DNA of 64,000 nt from Paramoeba atlantica (taxonomy: Eukaryota; Protista; Discosea): assembly GCA_977017575.1 (NCBI GenBank), contig CDRNVI010000014.1:186001-250000 (forward strand), given 5' to 3'. This document shows, one piece after another, positions 35,085 through 46,206 of this stretch. Numbering within the stretch: position 1 is the stretch's first letter; each line of letters starts with the position of its first letter. Under the pieces are notes generated by a model. That model worked only from the letters and a program-made list of their open reading frames with translations. It made no database searches and was not told the origin of the DNA. Position numbers and translations under genes: made by a program.

Positions 35085-35128
35085 TACATCTCTACTGTAT
35101 ACTATACAGTAAAAGTCACAATTCTGAG

Positions 35129-36063
35129 CAGAGGTCCGTAAAAGTACGAAAACTATTTTATAGTACTATTATAGTACTATAAACTTTGAAACACTATAAA
35201 TAAAAACAATATTTGTTTACAATTTTTTTTAGTAAGTTTTTTCTGAAAGTATTGCTTGAAATGCCGACTCGACGCAATTAATTTTTATCACTCCCGTTTT
35301 CTTGAAAGATTTCTCACTATTTTTCTCATCATTATGCCCAACAAGCGTCGTGGTCAAGCTCAAATCGTTTTTTCACACTTCGTTGAAGTCGATGGGGAAC
35401 TCGACCTACTTTAATTTCAGATATGTTCCAGTCCAGACGCCTTGTCTTCTTAGGCCGCCTTTCCTGCCGAAGTATAATGTGTAAATGTGAAATAGCGGGT
35501 AAGTGAATCTTCAAATTTCTTCAAAAGATTATGAATTTTGCAGATATTAAATCTTGCAGGCTCTGCGGTGTGTTTTTGTGTTTTATCTTGCCATTGAATA
35601 CGCCACGTCTAGGATCCAACGAGTGATCTAACTGGAACTCGTTGAAGGACAACTGTAACGCGGTTTGCACGGTACAAGGAAGGAGCATTATGGGAAGAAC
35701 TTGTTGTGAGCCATAGGATCCCGTCTTTTTCCATTTCTGCACAAAAACTAAAACTCTTTTCACTTTTTTCTACGCGTCAGCGTATCCACACCACTTGCTC
35801 CACCTGACATCGTGACCCCTCTAAGCCTCTACACCTCCATCGACTCTCTCCTGCCTAGCGAAATTCCTCCAGGTCCATCGACCGATCTGTCTACCGCGCG
35901 CCTTTCTGGACATGAAACACTGATAAACACCATATAGTTTTTATAGCCATATACATAGTATGTACATATGTATAGTGTTTATAGTACTATAAACGAGGTT
36001 TATAGTACTAGAAATTTTCTTGAAACACTATAAACTATCTATAAATAGTTTTAAGGACCTCTG
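35129..36063. mobile_element. hAT-type non-autonomous element (935 bp)
   Basis: TIR CAGAGGTCC(G/T)TAAAA; perfect 8-bp TSD ATTCTGAG at 35121..35128 and 36064..36071; ACTATA-rich subtermini. Confidence 0.85.
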
Positions 36064-36426
36064 ATTCTGAGAATCACTAAAATTGGCTGTCAACATATAA
36101 CTAGGAAAAATGAGAATGCAATTTTAAAAATGAGAATGCGTCTCTGAATCACCATATCAACGTGCAACTCCATTTGAACAACAAAAATGAGAATAGCCAA
36201 AAAAGTTCCATACTGCTTCTGTTCCTCTTTGTACTAAATATTAGTGTGTGGTGATTAACATACTTCCGATGAAGTTAAAAACTTCTTCTTCGTCTACGTC
36301 TTCACTGTACTCACTCTCTGTTTCCAGAGAGAGTTCTTCTTCTTGGGCTTCGCCATCTTCATTTACAAAGTTGTCCGCGTCAATGGAGACGTGCTGCTGA
36401 AGAGGGGTATTCGGGTCTAGATTGGA

Positions 36427-37408
36427 GTGAATTTTTTTCCCTATCCAAGTATTGGGAATGTAAGATGCCGATGTCCTTCGAAACGGTCCAGTAGCCATAA
36501 GATTCTTCTGGGCATAAAGTGCATCTTTTCGAACACAGCAGTGCAAATCCGTGCGTCGGCCGTTGCGCTGAAAGTGCGCAGTCGTCGTTCCGGTAACGAT
36601 TCGCTAGATTTCTTTTGTTTCTGGACTTGGAATCAGACTCACCTTCCAGGATGAACGAGAGGGGCTATTTTTCTCCTATCACAGAAGTTCCAATAAATAT
36701 CGTGACTCTTTCTGGATGGCAACAGTGACAGGAATCAGCAGAGATGGAAAATGTATATCTACCCTCTGGAAACGGATCAATAATAAGAAAAAAGAAACCT
36801 TACAGGGCATCGTAAAAAAGCATACTGTAGACAGTAAAAGAAGCTTAGTCATGACAGACTGCCTCAAAGCCTACAAAGGATTGAGTGACTACCTGAACCA
36901 TAAAACCGTAAACCACAGTAGAAAAGGCAGATACCGGTTCGTTACTGAGGATGGGATTCATATAAATAATGCGGAAAGTTGTCATTCGGCAATAAAACGA
37001 GCAATACGCAGGCAGGGTCGACTCTCAATGTTACCCGAAGAAGCGGAAGAAACAATTTCACTGTACACCTTGTGGTTTAAGAAACCATCCTGGCAACTCC
37101 GACTTCAAGCACTCCTGATAGCCCTGAAGGAAGCGAAAGATTTGGATTTGAAAGAAGTTGAAATGTCAAGCGATGAAGAACCAGATTCTGAGTTTATTGT
37201 TGGGCAACGCAGCGCCCACAACATGGAGATTGGCGACAATGAATTCTCAAGCGGGTATGAAAGTGAAACGATTACTCTAATTGAACGTTTGTTAGACACT
37301 TCGGTGAAACTGAATCAAATTTCGGTTTTTTCCTGTTTTTTCCTATCAAATTCTCTGACTGTAGAAAATGTTTCTCCAGAGATTTTATTTGTATTTTGGT
37401 GGAATTGA
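36427..37408 (+). pseudogene. Merlin / IS1595-family DDE transposase, frameshifted 5' part
   Basis: In-frame upstream extension gives FQDER...FWMATVTG, then VMTDCLKAY, HKTVNHS, GIHINNAESCHSAIKR (IS1595/Merlin D-D-E signature); RCRC...IFSNT N-terminal remnant in another frame. Confidence 0.75.
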
Positions 37409-37455
37409 ACGAAGTTTGCACACTTTTTCAAAAAAAAATGAAAACGATCTTATTA

Positions 37456-40391
37456 CCGTTCCCCCCCTTAGATATCCTAGTACGCTACTTATCCTCTTTT
37501 GTGATGAAACCTCTGGGTCACGAGAAGATAAGTAGCATACTAGTTTACAGAGAAAATTTTCAAAATCTTTTCTTAAAAAATCAGTAGTAAAATTTTTAAG
37601 AGTTGTGCACAGTTAGAGGGGTGACTCTGGGTGGGAGCGCCTGGAAGCGCCTAGAAGCGCCTGGAAGCGCCAAGGACCTTTGTCCTAATATTTCTTTTTT
37701 ATTTTTCTTAATCTTTTCTTGCTTCAGTTAGAGGATCTGGTGATCATGTTGTTGGAAATGTTTAGCCTACAAGACTTTATTATGGTTTCAAGTACATAAA
37801 TATTTTAGAATGTATCAGGGCGGTCATCCCCAGGTGTGGGAACTCTCCATTTTTTGATTTTTGTTTTCAATTTTGGACCGACGGAGCCGTTTTATATCTT
37901 TTTGAGACATGGTAGGCTAACTATGGAATGTTCATCGTCACTGGTGAGCCTTCATCGCTCTTCGCCGCTCTCCTCGGCGCCCCCTGGCTGCCCTCCTCGC
38001 CTGCCGTCTTCGCCCGCCCTCCTCGCCTGCCCTCTGGGCCTTCGCCCTCACTCTTGGCCAGCCTCCTGGCCACTCAATTCGACTCCCTGCCCCGCCCTCT
38101 TCGCACCCTCCTTCACCCATGCGCCGCCCGCCTGACCGCCCGTGAGGAAAGTCCGGTGTCTACCTGTATGATCGATCGTTTCTTTTTTGTACCTTGTTGA
38201 TCGGATCCTTGTTGTTGGACGGTCGGTGTACCTTGTTGGACTCTTTCTTTCTTTCCCCGATGACCTCCCTCACCCCTCCCTCTGACCACCACCGTGCTAC
38301 CCGCCGCGCTTCCGCCGCTCTCCCCGCCGTGCTCCCCGCATCCCTCCCCGCTGAGCTCCCCACCTGCGCTCCCCGCCACGCCACCCACCGCGCCACCCGC
38401 CGCGACACCGGCCGCACTCCCCGCAGGAGGCAAGTCGGGTGTCTACATGCTGCGGTTGAACCTAGGCTCTCGCGCTGTAGATTTACTCCGCGCGTGGAGC
38501 ACCAGCACCGCTACCTACGCGGAAAGTGAGGAGGCCACATCTCTTCGGAGACAAACGGCCCGGACCTAACAACATGATCGAGCGTTTCGACGCTCTCGTG
38601 TTAGAAGATCACGCTTCGCGTGGAGAACCGGCAGCGCGACCTACGCGTGAAGTAGGAAGTCACAGTTCTTCGGAGCCAAATGGCTTGAATCACACACACA
38701 TTGGTGAAGCGACCTAGAAGAGCCTTGCGTCCCCGCAATCGGGCGGAGCGCGAGAGCCGGAGTGGTACTTTCGGCGCTTGCATGAGGGTATTGCAGACGC
38801 TCTTATTACCAACAAAACCAACAACAATTTAAGCCGTTCGTCTCTTTCTGGCGCAGTGCAAAATGCCTTACTACCGCACCCGAATGATAGCCGAGGCCCA
38901 ATCTGTCACCTTCTTGGACAATCTTTTAGAAAATAGAAAAAGGTGTCCCCCCATGTCCCCCTATAGGGGGGTTTATGTTGCTTGTCCTCAAATTACCAAG
39001 TCCGAACTCCATAGAAGTTCACTGGAAGCGCCTAGAAGCGCCTGGGTAGGAGTCACCCCTCTTATATTCAGAAAATAATTCTCGGTGTTCTGAGAACAAT
39101 GAGAATCATGATTCGTAGATAGGAAGCAAACGTTTGTCAGTGAGTACGGCGTTCATTTTCGACGAAAGATACAGTGCTCGCAAAAATTAGTAAAACTTTT
39201 ATTGTAAAATAATAAAAAAAGTTTTACTAATTAAAAATTTACTAATTTTTGCACTGCCCTCAAAAAATTTGCCAACTTGATAAAATTAATTTTTGCAGAA
39301 ACGGTATTTCTGTCGTTTGAGTAGGTTGTCTATCTGCAAAATGTAAGTCTGAGTAAATATCATCTGCAAAATGATAGTTCCAGGGAAGACCGCGATGAGG
39401 TCCCGACCATGCTTCCCCATGCTGAGTTGACAAACTCAGCACAACTTGTCAGGCTTCAGTGAAGCATATTTTTCAGAAACGGTGTCTTTACTTCGCGAAG
39501 AAAATGGAGAGTATGTAGACGGTACCTATAGATCGCTGTAGGTCGCTGGCAGTTTCTGGCGGGAACTCGCGGACTCTGACAGTTTCTGGCGGACTCTGAC
39601 AGTTTCTGTAGGTATTTTTTTAGAGTGGAGAGCTAGAGGGGGTGTACTAGACTAAATAAGGGAACCGCGGTGGGTACGCAGGAACCGCGGTGTATGTATA
39701 TTGTGTACAATACATAAGTCATATATTGTGACTGGTGATGAGGCTTCGGTGTGTCGGGAGCCCACAAGTGAAATAACCTAGGAAATCCGTGGCACAAAGA
39801 GGGTGAAAGTTAAGACATGAAAGAAAAGGCCATGGTAACATCTTGGTTTTGGACAATGCCTGTGCTTTTTCCCGGTTCCTCCCAGAACAACGTACTTGGG
39901 AACATCGTTTGTTTCCACTGCACCTGTTGTGGAGCGCTCAGTCTTGTCGAGGTCGAGTTGCACGGGAAACGAAGGCAGCATCAGATCTGTACTGTTGCAC
40001 TTCAACCGTTACAGGATCAGGCTGGATAACAGGAGATTCCTTTTTTCAATGAATGATAGAGGATGTTTTTTGACACGAGCAAGTATCCCCCCGGCAAGAC
40101 TTTATTCGTGCTAGACTTGTACGCAAGTCACCCAACCGAGGTATCCCTATCCCTTTTTCTTGATTTTGATGCCTCACTTGGACAGCGTGCAACTCCGTCC
40201 AAAAGAACACATCGGCGAATGCTTTCGGCGCGATTGTATCATGCTAAAAATAACTTCTGGCGCAAATGTCGCGCGAACTTCTTCTAGTACGCTACTTATC
40301 CTAGTATGCTACTTATCCTAGTACGTTACTTAGCCTCAAACTGCCCATTTCGGAGACGGAATGCGGGATATCTAGGGGGGGGGGGTAACGG
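37456..40391 (+). mobile_element. Non-autonomous pogo derivative C, inverted near-identical copy of B
   Basis: TA-CCGTTCCCCCCCTTAGATATCC ... GGATATCTAGGGGGGGGGGGTAACGG-TA; ORF fragments 39778..40287 mirror 33698..34207. Confidence 0.85.
37616..39061. mobile_element. PIF/Harbinger-type non-autonomous insertion (1446 bp) inside element C
   Basis: TTA-GAGGGGTGACTC ... GAGTCACCCCTC-TTA; the empty site (GTGCACAG-TTA-TATTCAGAA) is present in element B. Confidence 0.88.
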
Positions 40392-40623
40392 TAGGCCCGT
40401 AAATTTAATATCACGGTACGTCAGCAAGGTCTTCATACGGGCAGGCACGCTGTCCACCTGAGTACGACATACTGATGACTGTACGATGAATGTTCGCCCA
40501 CTCCTTGGTAAGGCTTGCTTTACTATTTACAACAGAATCGTGCTTTGAAAGTAATTGTGTGTATGTACACGTATGTGGGGTCACAGTACCTACCTGTATA
40601 ATAAAAATAGGGGTTTATAGTAG

Positions 40624-41418
40624 TCATGATACTTTTTGTCCACTCAATTTAGCCCTAGTTCCAATAGCAGATTCACGACTACCGATGAATTCAGTAATCT
40701 CGTTGTATGATAAATCCATGACCTTGCATGCGGTTAACCGCCGTAATGGGGTCAGATCTACAATTCCCGTAAACTTGTTCGTATTTAACCAAAGATATTC
40801 TATCTTAACAGGGATGTGACTTAAATCGAGAGGTCCCGTAAATTGGTTTTTGGAAAACGATAACAACACACATGTGTCTGGTAAATTCGTCAGCGAAAGT
40901 TCTCCCACAAAACGATTCACGTGAAAGCGCATCTCCCGAATTTGCTCGGGAAGTGCACTCAAATTTAGATTTCCAGAGAGTAGATTTGCAAAAACGTTGA
41001 ATGTTAACAGTGAAGCAGGAAGCGCACACAAATCCAATGCGCCGGATAAATTATTTTGACTGACAGTAAACTCATGAAGATGCCGAGGAAGTTTTCCGCA
41101 CGGAATAGTGCCCATAATACCAGTGTTTTGAAGCGTCACTATTTGAAGAGTCTCGGGTAAAAATTCCAGTAGTATGGTACCTCTCACACTGATCTCATCC
41201 CAATTCATTTCGATCACTTCTTCATCCGCTGTACATTCTATTCCGGTCCATTTACAGGCGGAAGTTCCCGAATTCCAGGTTGGATCCGAAAACGTCAATT
41301 CAGACACACAACGCTCTAACAAATACTCTGGGGGAAGGTTCGCTCCTCGAATCTTTCCGGATCGCGTCACGCTCGAATCCGTGGCGTACAATAGAGACAG
41401 GGGGTTTGGAGGAAACAT
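40624..41418 (-). CDS. Leucine-rich repeat protein (family copy 3)
   Basis: GKIRGANLPPEYLL, WNSGTSACKWTGIEC cap, about 7 22-aa LRRs. Confidence 0.9.
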   Translation of the reverse strand: MFPPNPLSLLYATDSSVTRSGKIRGANLPPEYLLERCVSELTFSDPTWNSGTSACKWTGIECTADEEVIEMNWDEISVRGTILLEFLPETLQIVTLQNTGIMGTIPCGKLPRHLHEFTVSQNNLSGALDLCALPASLLTFNVFANLLSGNLNLSALPEQIREMRFHVNRFVGELSLTNLPDTCVLLSFSKNQFTGPLDLSHIPVKIEYLWLNTNKFTGIVDLTPLRRLTACKVMDLSYNEITEFIGSRESAIGTRAKLSGQKVS

Positions 41419-41853
41419 GAATTAAAGCTAGACTAGTGACGTTCTGTAGTAGACAAAAGATTTCCTAAAATAGAGTTATTGATTGAAAATATGCATTCGC
41501 CAAATTTATCGGTCTTGAGGTGTAAATTGGCGAGATGTAAACTTCAATGCAGGACAGTACCTGCAGAGCAGCGCTCGGATAGAAACCGATACCATCGATT
41601 GTCTACCGCATTGCACGGCATGTGTACAAAGAGTCAGGGATTCTGCCTTTGAAGATCGAAAGAGAGATTCATGTTCTCTTTACGTATCCCCGAGGCGTTC
41701 TACAACGTTATCACCACTTCCACTCGCTCTTACTAGCAAGATACATGTACTTGGCACTTGGCTATTATTAACAGACTACCTCCCTTCAAGATTATTCCTA
41801 TAATCTTGCTTTCTAGAGAGGCAGGAGCGCATATCGTACGAATATTCCCCGTT

Positions 41854-43758
41854 TCAGTTACTCTCGTGGTTCCTTTCTGTGCAAAGATTCGACAAGTATG
41901 CCACCAGCATATGAAAAACGGACCCTACTGCCGCTAATAATTGACGTGCTCTAACAAGAACATTATGCAATACGGTATGGGCGTCATTGTTCATGTACAC
42001 AGGTGGTTTGGACACCTCTGCACTCTTCGAGGAACTCGTTTTGCCGGTGATTTTAATGCCATTGCCTTTTGGAGGACAAAGCTCAGCCCTTCGATAAGCA
42101 GTTGACATATTGACGAGATATCCCTTTGTGGTTCTGTCAGTCCTGCAGGCCGAAGAATATGGAGCTGGGAATTTAATCATTAGACTTAGTGCGTCCTTCT
42201 TTTTAGCTATACTGGAAGAAACATCTATTGGGCATTGTAACGCATGTACACCAAAGTAGTAAAAACGATACAAAAACAGGAACGGGGTTTGTATAGGATG
42301 AAAGAAGTGTCTCAAGGAGCGCCTCTTAGGTCGATAAGGATAAGTTTCCACGTAGTTAGGAGCACGTTCGTCAGATTGGTTACGAAAATCTGATCGACGG
42401 ACCTCCCTGGCGTGACATTGTGATCTCCCTTCCTTACCCGACTTTTCGATATTGAACGAAATGCTAGCATTAGAATCCACATGCGCTTCACTTTCCGAAC
42501 CCTGTTTCCAAACTTCATTCGGCACCTTTATTGGTTGCGTCATAAAAAAAGGCGACTCTCGAACTGTGTAACGAATCTGTTGTCCGAGATGAGAAAAATG
42601 ATCCCAGGAGAAGTCGCCCACAAGGGAGGGGTACTCTTGCAGTGGATCATCTGAATTAGCAATATTAAACGTATGGAGGTAAAGCGAACTCAGAATAGGT
42701 TTCTGCTTCCCGTTTTTAGTTCCATAATGTTTTTGGCTTCTCGCGCTTTGTTGAAGCCTTTCTTGAGGTGACAGTTGGCTGTAGCCTTTTAGGAAGTTTT
42801 TGTTGCTCATTTTCGGAACACCAAAAGTATACACTAGCAGCTTACGACGAAGTTCAGGAAAGCTATACCAAAGGTCGAATGCGGCAAGCTGCGCAATTGC
42901 ACCACCACCGCAGAATCCAGTAATCAATATATTCGCGGTTTCATGCGCTCGCAGAACCTCGCGAAACAATGCATGAACTTCGCTTCGTAATGATTCGTAG
43001 GCGTCAAGAACTCCTCCGTGAATTCGGGACTTTGAACGAAGACGCCAAGCGCTCTGCAAAAGGTTGTTCAGAGGCCCAAAAGAAGTAAAATTATAGCTTC
43101 CGTGAACACCATGCGCATGAGAAGCCTTCTGAGACAACTCATCACACCATTCACAAATGCGCATAGAACGTAGATTTTCAACATACCCTGACCGAAAAGA
43201 TAAGACAATTGTCTCTTCAAAAGTAGAATGTATGTTTCTTATTCCATTAGATGAAAGAGAATGTCTGTTCGGCTTGGGTAAGTCCTTCTTTCTACTAGAG
43301 GAACTTAGATACTCGGGCTTTCTTCTGCGATGAAAAACCACTAATGCAAGTGTTTGAAGCGTTTTATTTTGAATAGGTAAAAGAGAAATCTCATCCCCAG
43401 GTGTAATTTTTTGACTTTCAGAAGAAAAAGGTTTATTCAAATTCATGTACAGAGAGTTGCCGTAAGCTTTAGATTTTGCTGCAGTACTCCATGAATCAAG
43501 TAAGCTGTGATGACAATGGGCGACCCGACTCCAATGCATACACTGTTGTGCCCATTCTTCGCTGTATGTAGGAGAAACTACGCTGGGATCTGTGATCTCA
43601 GTTGGGTCCCTTGAGCAAAGAGTCCTGTCAGACGAACGTTTAAAGCTCGATTGTGAGTTTTTTCGTCGTCCTGCGTAAGTAGGAAAATCTTTAGACAGGA
43701 ATAGGTAAGGAATACATGTGAGGACCAACGTCAAATAATGCACTGAGTGCTCCAACAT
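41854..43758 (-). CDS. Class-3 lipase-like (alpha/beta hydrolase) protein with a non-canonical nucleophile elbow
   Basis: SFRSG, IHGGVLDAY, ILITGFCGGGAIAQLAAFDL, VYTFGVPKMSN, NSDDP correspond to Lipase_3 motifs FRGT, VH.GF, TGHSLGGA+A.L, YTFG.PRVGN, .D.VP. Confidence 0.75.
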   Translation of the reverse strand: MLEHSVHYLTLVLTCIPYLFLSKDFPTYAGRRKNSQSSFKRSSDRTLCSRDPTEITDPSVVSPTYSEEWAQQCMHWSRVAHCHHSLLDSWSTAAKSKAYGNSLYMNLNKPFSSESQKITPGDEISLLPIQNKTLQTLALVVFHRRRKPEYLSSSSRKKDLPKPNRHSLSSNGIRNIHSTFEETIVLSFRSGYVENLRSMRICEWCDELSQKASHAHGVHGSYNFTSFGPLNNLLQSAWRLRSKSRIHGGVLDAYESLRSEVHALFREVLRAHETANILITGFCGGGAIAQLAAFDLWYSFPELRRKLLVYTFGVPKMSNKNFLKGYSQLSPQERLQQSARSQKHYGTKNGKQKPILSSLYLHTFNIANSDDPLQEYPSLVGDFSWDHFSHLGQQIRYTVRESPFFMTQPIKVPNEVWKQGSESEAHVDSNASISFNIEKSGKEGRSQCHAREVRRSDFRNQSDERAPNYVETYPYRPKRRSLRHFFHPIQTPFLFLYRFYYFGVHALQCPIDVSSSIAKKKDALSLMIKFPAPYSSACRTDRTTKGYLVNMSTAYRRAELCPPKGNGIKITGKTSSSKSAEVSKPPVYMNNDAHTVLHNVLVRARQLLAAVGSVFHMLVAYLSNLCTERNHESN

Positions 43759-44092
43759 AAATAATACTAAGGCGAATTCTATAATGATAAACAGATGTCT
43801 TCTTCTTCTTCTTCAGATTATTTCCTCAGATTAGGCAGAGAGATAAAACGCATCGATAGCGTTTTGGAAGCTCTCCAAGTATTGATCGGCGTATCTGTAA
43901 ACCTCTGCATCCTCCAGTAAAAGATGCATGAAATATAAATATTCGTAACTGTCGATTTTGTTTTACGAAGGAACAACTTTGTTCAACAATAAAATTGGTC
44001 TCCGAGATTTGTGAATTTTATAGAAGGATGACAAACAGTATTAGAGTTTCTTACTAGTAATAAGTCCTAGTTTACAAAGCGCTATTTACACC

Positions 44093-44800
44093 CTATTTAT
44101 TACTGTGGCGCTGTGGCTCATACTTCAGCCACACTGGTGGGGGATCAGGTATCGTTCCATCAAAAGCATTTTTTCGTATATCAATAGAACATTCTGAAAC
44201 GTTGTTAACATTCACCACTCCGCTGAGACGGTTACCTTGAAGCCATAATGTTTTCAGCGAATCGGGAAGTCGAGACAAATTGATCTCCCCAGAAAAATTA
44301 TTTTCTCGTAGTGAAATAAATACGATAGTTGACGGAAGACTCGTCAAGTCCAAATTTCCATCTAGTTCTGTTTCCGAAATTACGTAATGTCTCATTTTTT
44401 CCGGCATACATTTTAAATCAATTGTACCGACCAACGGATTATTGGCAGAAACGAATTCGGTAATCTCTGAAGGTAGATTGTTCAAGCCATCCAATCTATC
44501 AAGCTTATTGAATGAGAAGTTCACTCTTTCAGTTGAAATAGGAAGGTGCTGCAAAGCGAGTTCGCCCGCCAACTCAGAATTCTGCCAGAAGACTGAACTT
44601 ACTTTATCTTTTTCACATTTGATACCTGACCAAAGGCACACGTTGGGTTCTTTTTCCCATTCTTCAACTTTTTTATTCTTCTGTAGATTGGTAATGACTC
44701 GCATCATTTGATAGTAAGGTGAGAGCGCGGCAGCACTTACTCTTCCGCACCGAGAGCTTGTTCCCGTGGCTGCATCGTCTCGAAGAGAGATGGTCAACAT
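44093..44800 (-). CDS. Leucine-rich repeat protein (family copy 4)
   Basis: W...PNVCLWSGIKC cap and LDLTSLPSTI..ISL.ENNFSG repeats. Confidence 0.88.
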   Translation of the reverse strand: MLTISLRDDAATGTSSRCGRVSAAALSPYYQMMRVITNLQKNKKVEEWEKEPNVCLWSGIKCEKDKVSSVFWQNSELAGELALQHLPISTERVNFSFNKLDRLDGLNNLPSEITEFVSANNPLVGTIDLKCMPEKMRHYVISETELDGNLDLTSLPSTIVFISLRENNFSGEINLSRLPDSLKTLWLQGNRLSGVVNVNNVSECSIDIRKNAFDGTIPDPPPVWLKYEPQRHSNK

Positions 44801-45186
44801 GAGAACAGATGAACTGCGTCAAATATAGTAGTAATCAATAGAAATCATCGCATAAGCGCATCTTAGAGGTGTGGTGGTCGGTTACCAATTTTAAAGATTA
44901 CGTACATTTATACTTTGATTTTTTTGCAACATCAAAAATGAATGACACAGAAACATGCTACCTTGTTAATAGTTAAACTCGTCTGTGGGTTAAAGAAACG
45001 TCGTTTTCTTATCAAAAAGGAAAAAGAAACAAAAAGGAAGATGTTTAGTTCGTTTAACTACACTTTCAGTTCCGACATCCTGTTGCTCGAGAAAATTTCA
45101 ATTGAACAACGAAATTCTGAGCAAAAAGTCTGAGTCGTTCTTGTTTGACAACTTTCCTTGTAGCGCAGAATATGAATGAGCACCTA

Positions 45187-45969
45187 CAGTCCAGGTACTC
45201 GTTCCCCCCCCCTCAGGCTCCAAAACACACCGTAAGAGCTTTTGACCTAATTCCTTCGGCATTCAACAGATCTCGAAAAACTGGAGCGTTTCCCACCCTT
45301 TGTTTGCCTATCACCCCCTCCTGGGTCAAAAATGTTTAGAAAAAACACCAAAAAATAGCACAATTTTACTAAAAAATCCCAATTTTTCAAAAATTTGTTT
45401 TTTTATTCAAATATGGTTTCTCATTCTATGAATCTGAGGGATACTCCCGTCAAATCTACTAAAGACCAGTACTAAAGGCCAGTACAACTCGCCGAAAAGC
45501 AAGATACCCCCTATTACCCATAAAACGTCACGATGTGCACTCCCAGAGCGCATTGATCAAATTGTTAAGGAAAATTTGAAACCAGAGCCTGAAAAACAGC
45601 TCCGGAAGGCGCTAAAGAAAGCCTTTATGATGCTTAAGCGTCATCCTTATGGACGCCAATTCTTAATTTGTATGAATTCAGTTCCTAAACGCTTGCGAAT
45701 TCTGCGGAGCGTTCAAGGAGACCATTGTAGGTATTAATATATAAGAATCTATACACATTTTTTTCTTTTTTCCCCCTTTCAAAAATATATCTTTTTTTGA
45801 AATTTGTCAACTTTCACCACGCCCACTTAGGACCTAGGGGGGGTGATAGGCAAAGCAACTGTGGGAAACGCACTAGTTTTTCGAGATCTGTCGAATGCCG
45901 AAGGAATTAGGTCAAAAGCTCTTGCGGCGCGCTCTGGAGCCTGGGAGGGGGAAACCAATACCTGGACTG
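45187..45969. mobile_element. Tc1-type deletion derivative (783 bp) with about 140-bp imperfect TIRs
   Basis: TA-CAGTCCAGGTA ... TACCTGGACTG-TA; internal MNSVPKRLRILRSVQGDHCRY* resembles the Tc1 C-terminus (SMP.R...V....G...Y). Confidence 0.8.
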
Positions 45970-46206
45970 TATTCAGATCCATTCGCAGTACGTTCACTAC
46001 GTCTTCAAGTATAATGAATTTTGTAGGTTACGCTTTAATAAGTTGCGGAAAAGACCTGTACAAGTAATTTTGAAGACAGGGGTACATTCTACTAAATACA
46101 CATTTCGGTTCACGTTTCAGGACATGTGCGCGTGCGTTGACAGTAAAATGTAGAAGCAATGTCGACTGCAGACGAGTAGACTCGATGAAAATACAGAGGC
46201 ATGTGC

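Noticed and set aside
39599-39616. ACAGTTTCTGTAGGTAT (and its inverted copy near 34370) as an SL RNA gene
   Set aside because: Matches only 12 nt of the SL core, lacks the 5' part and the TTG end, and lies in a short internal tandem repeat of pogo derivatives B and C.
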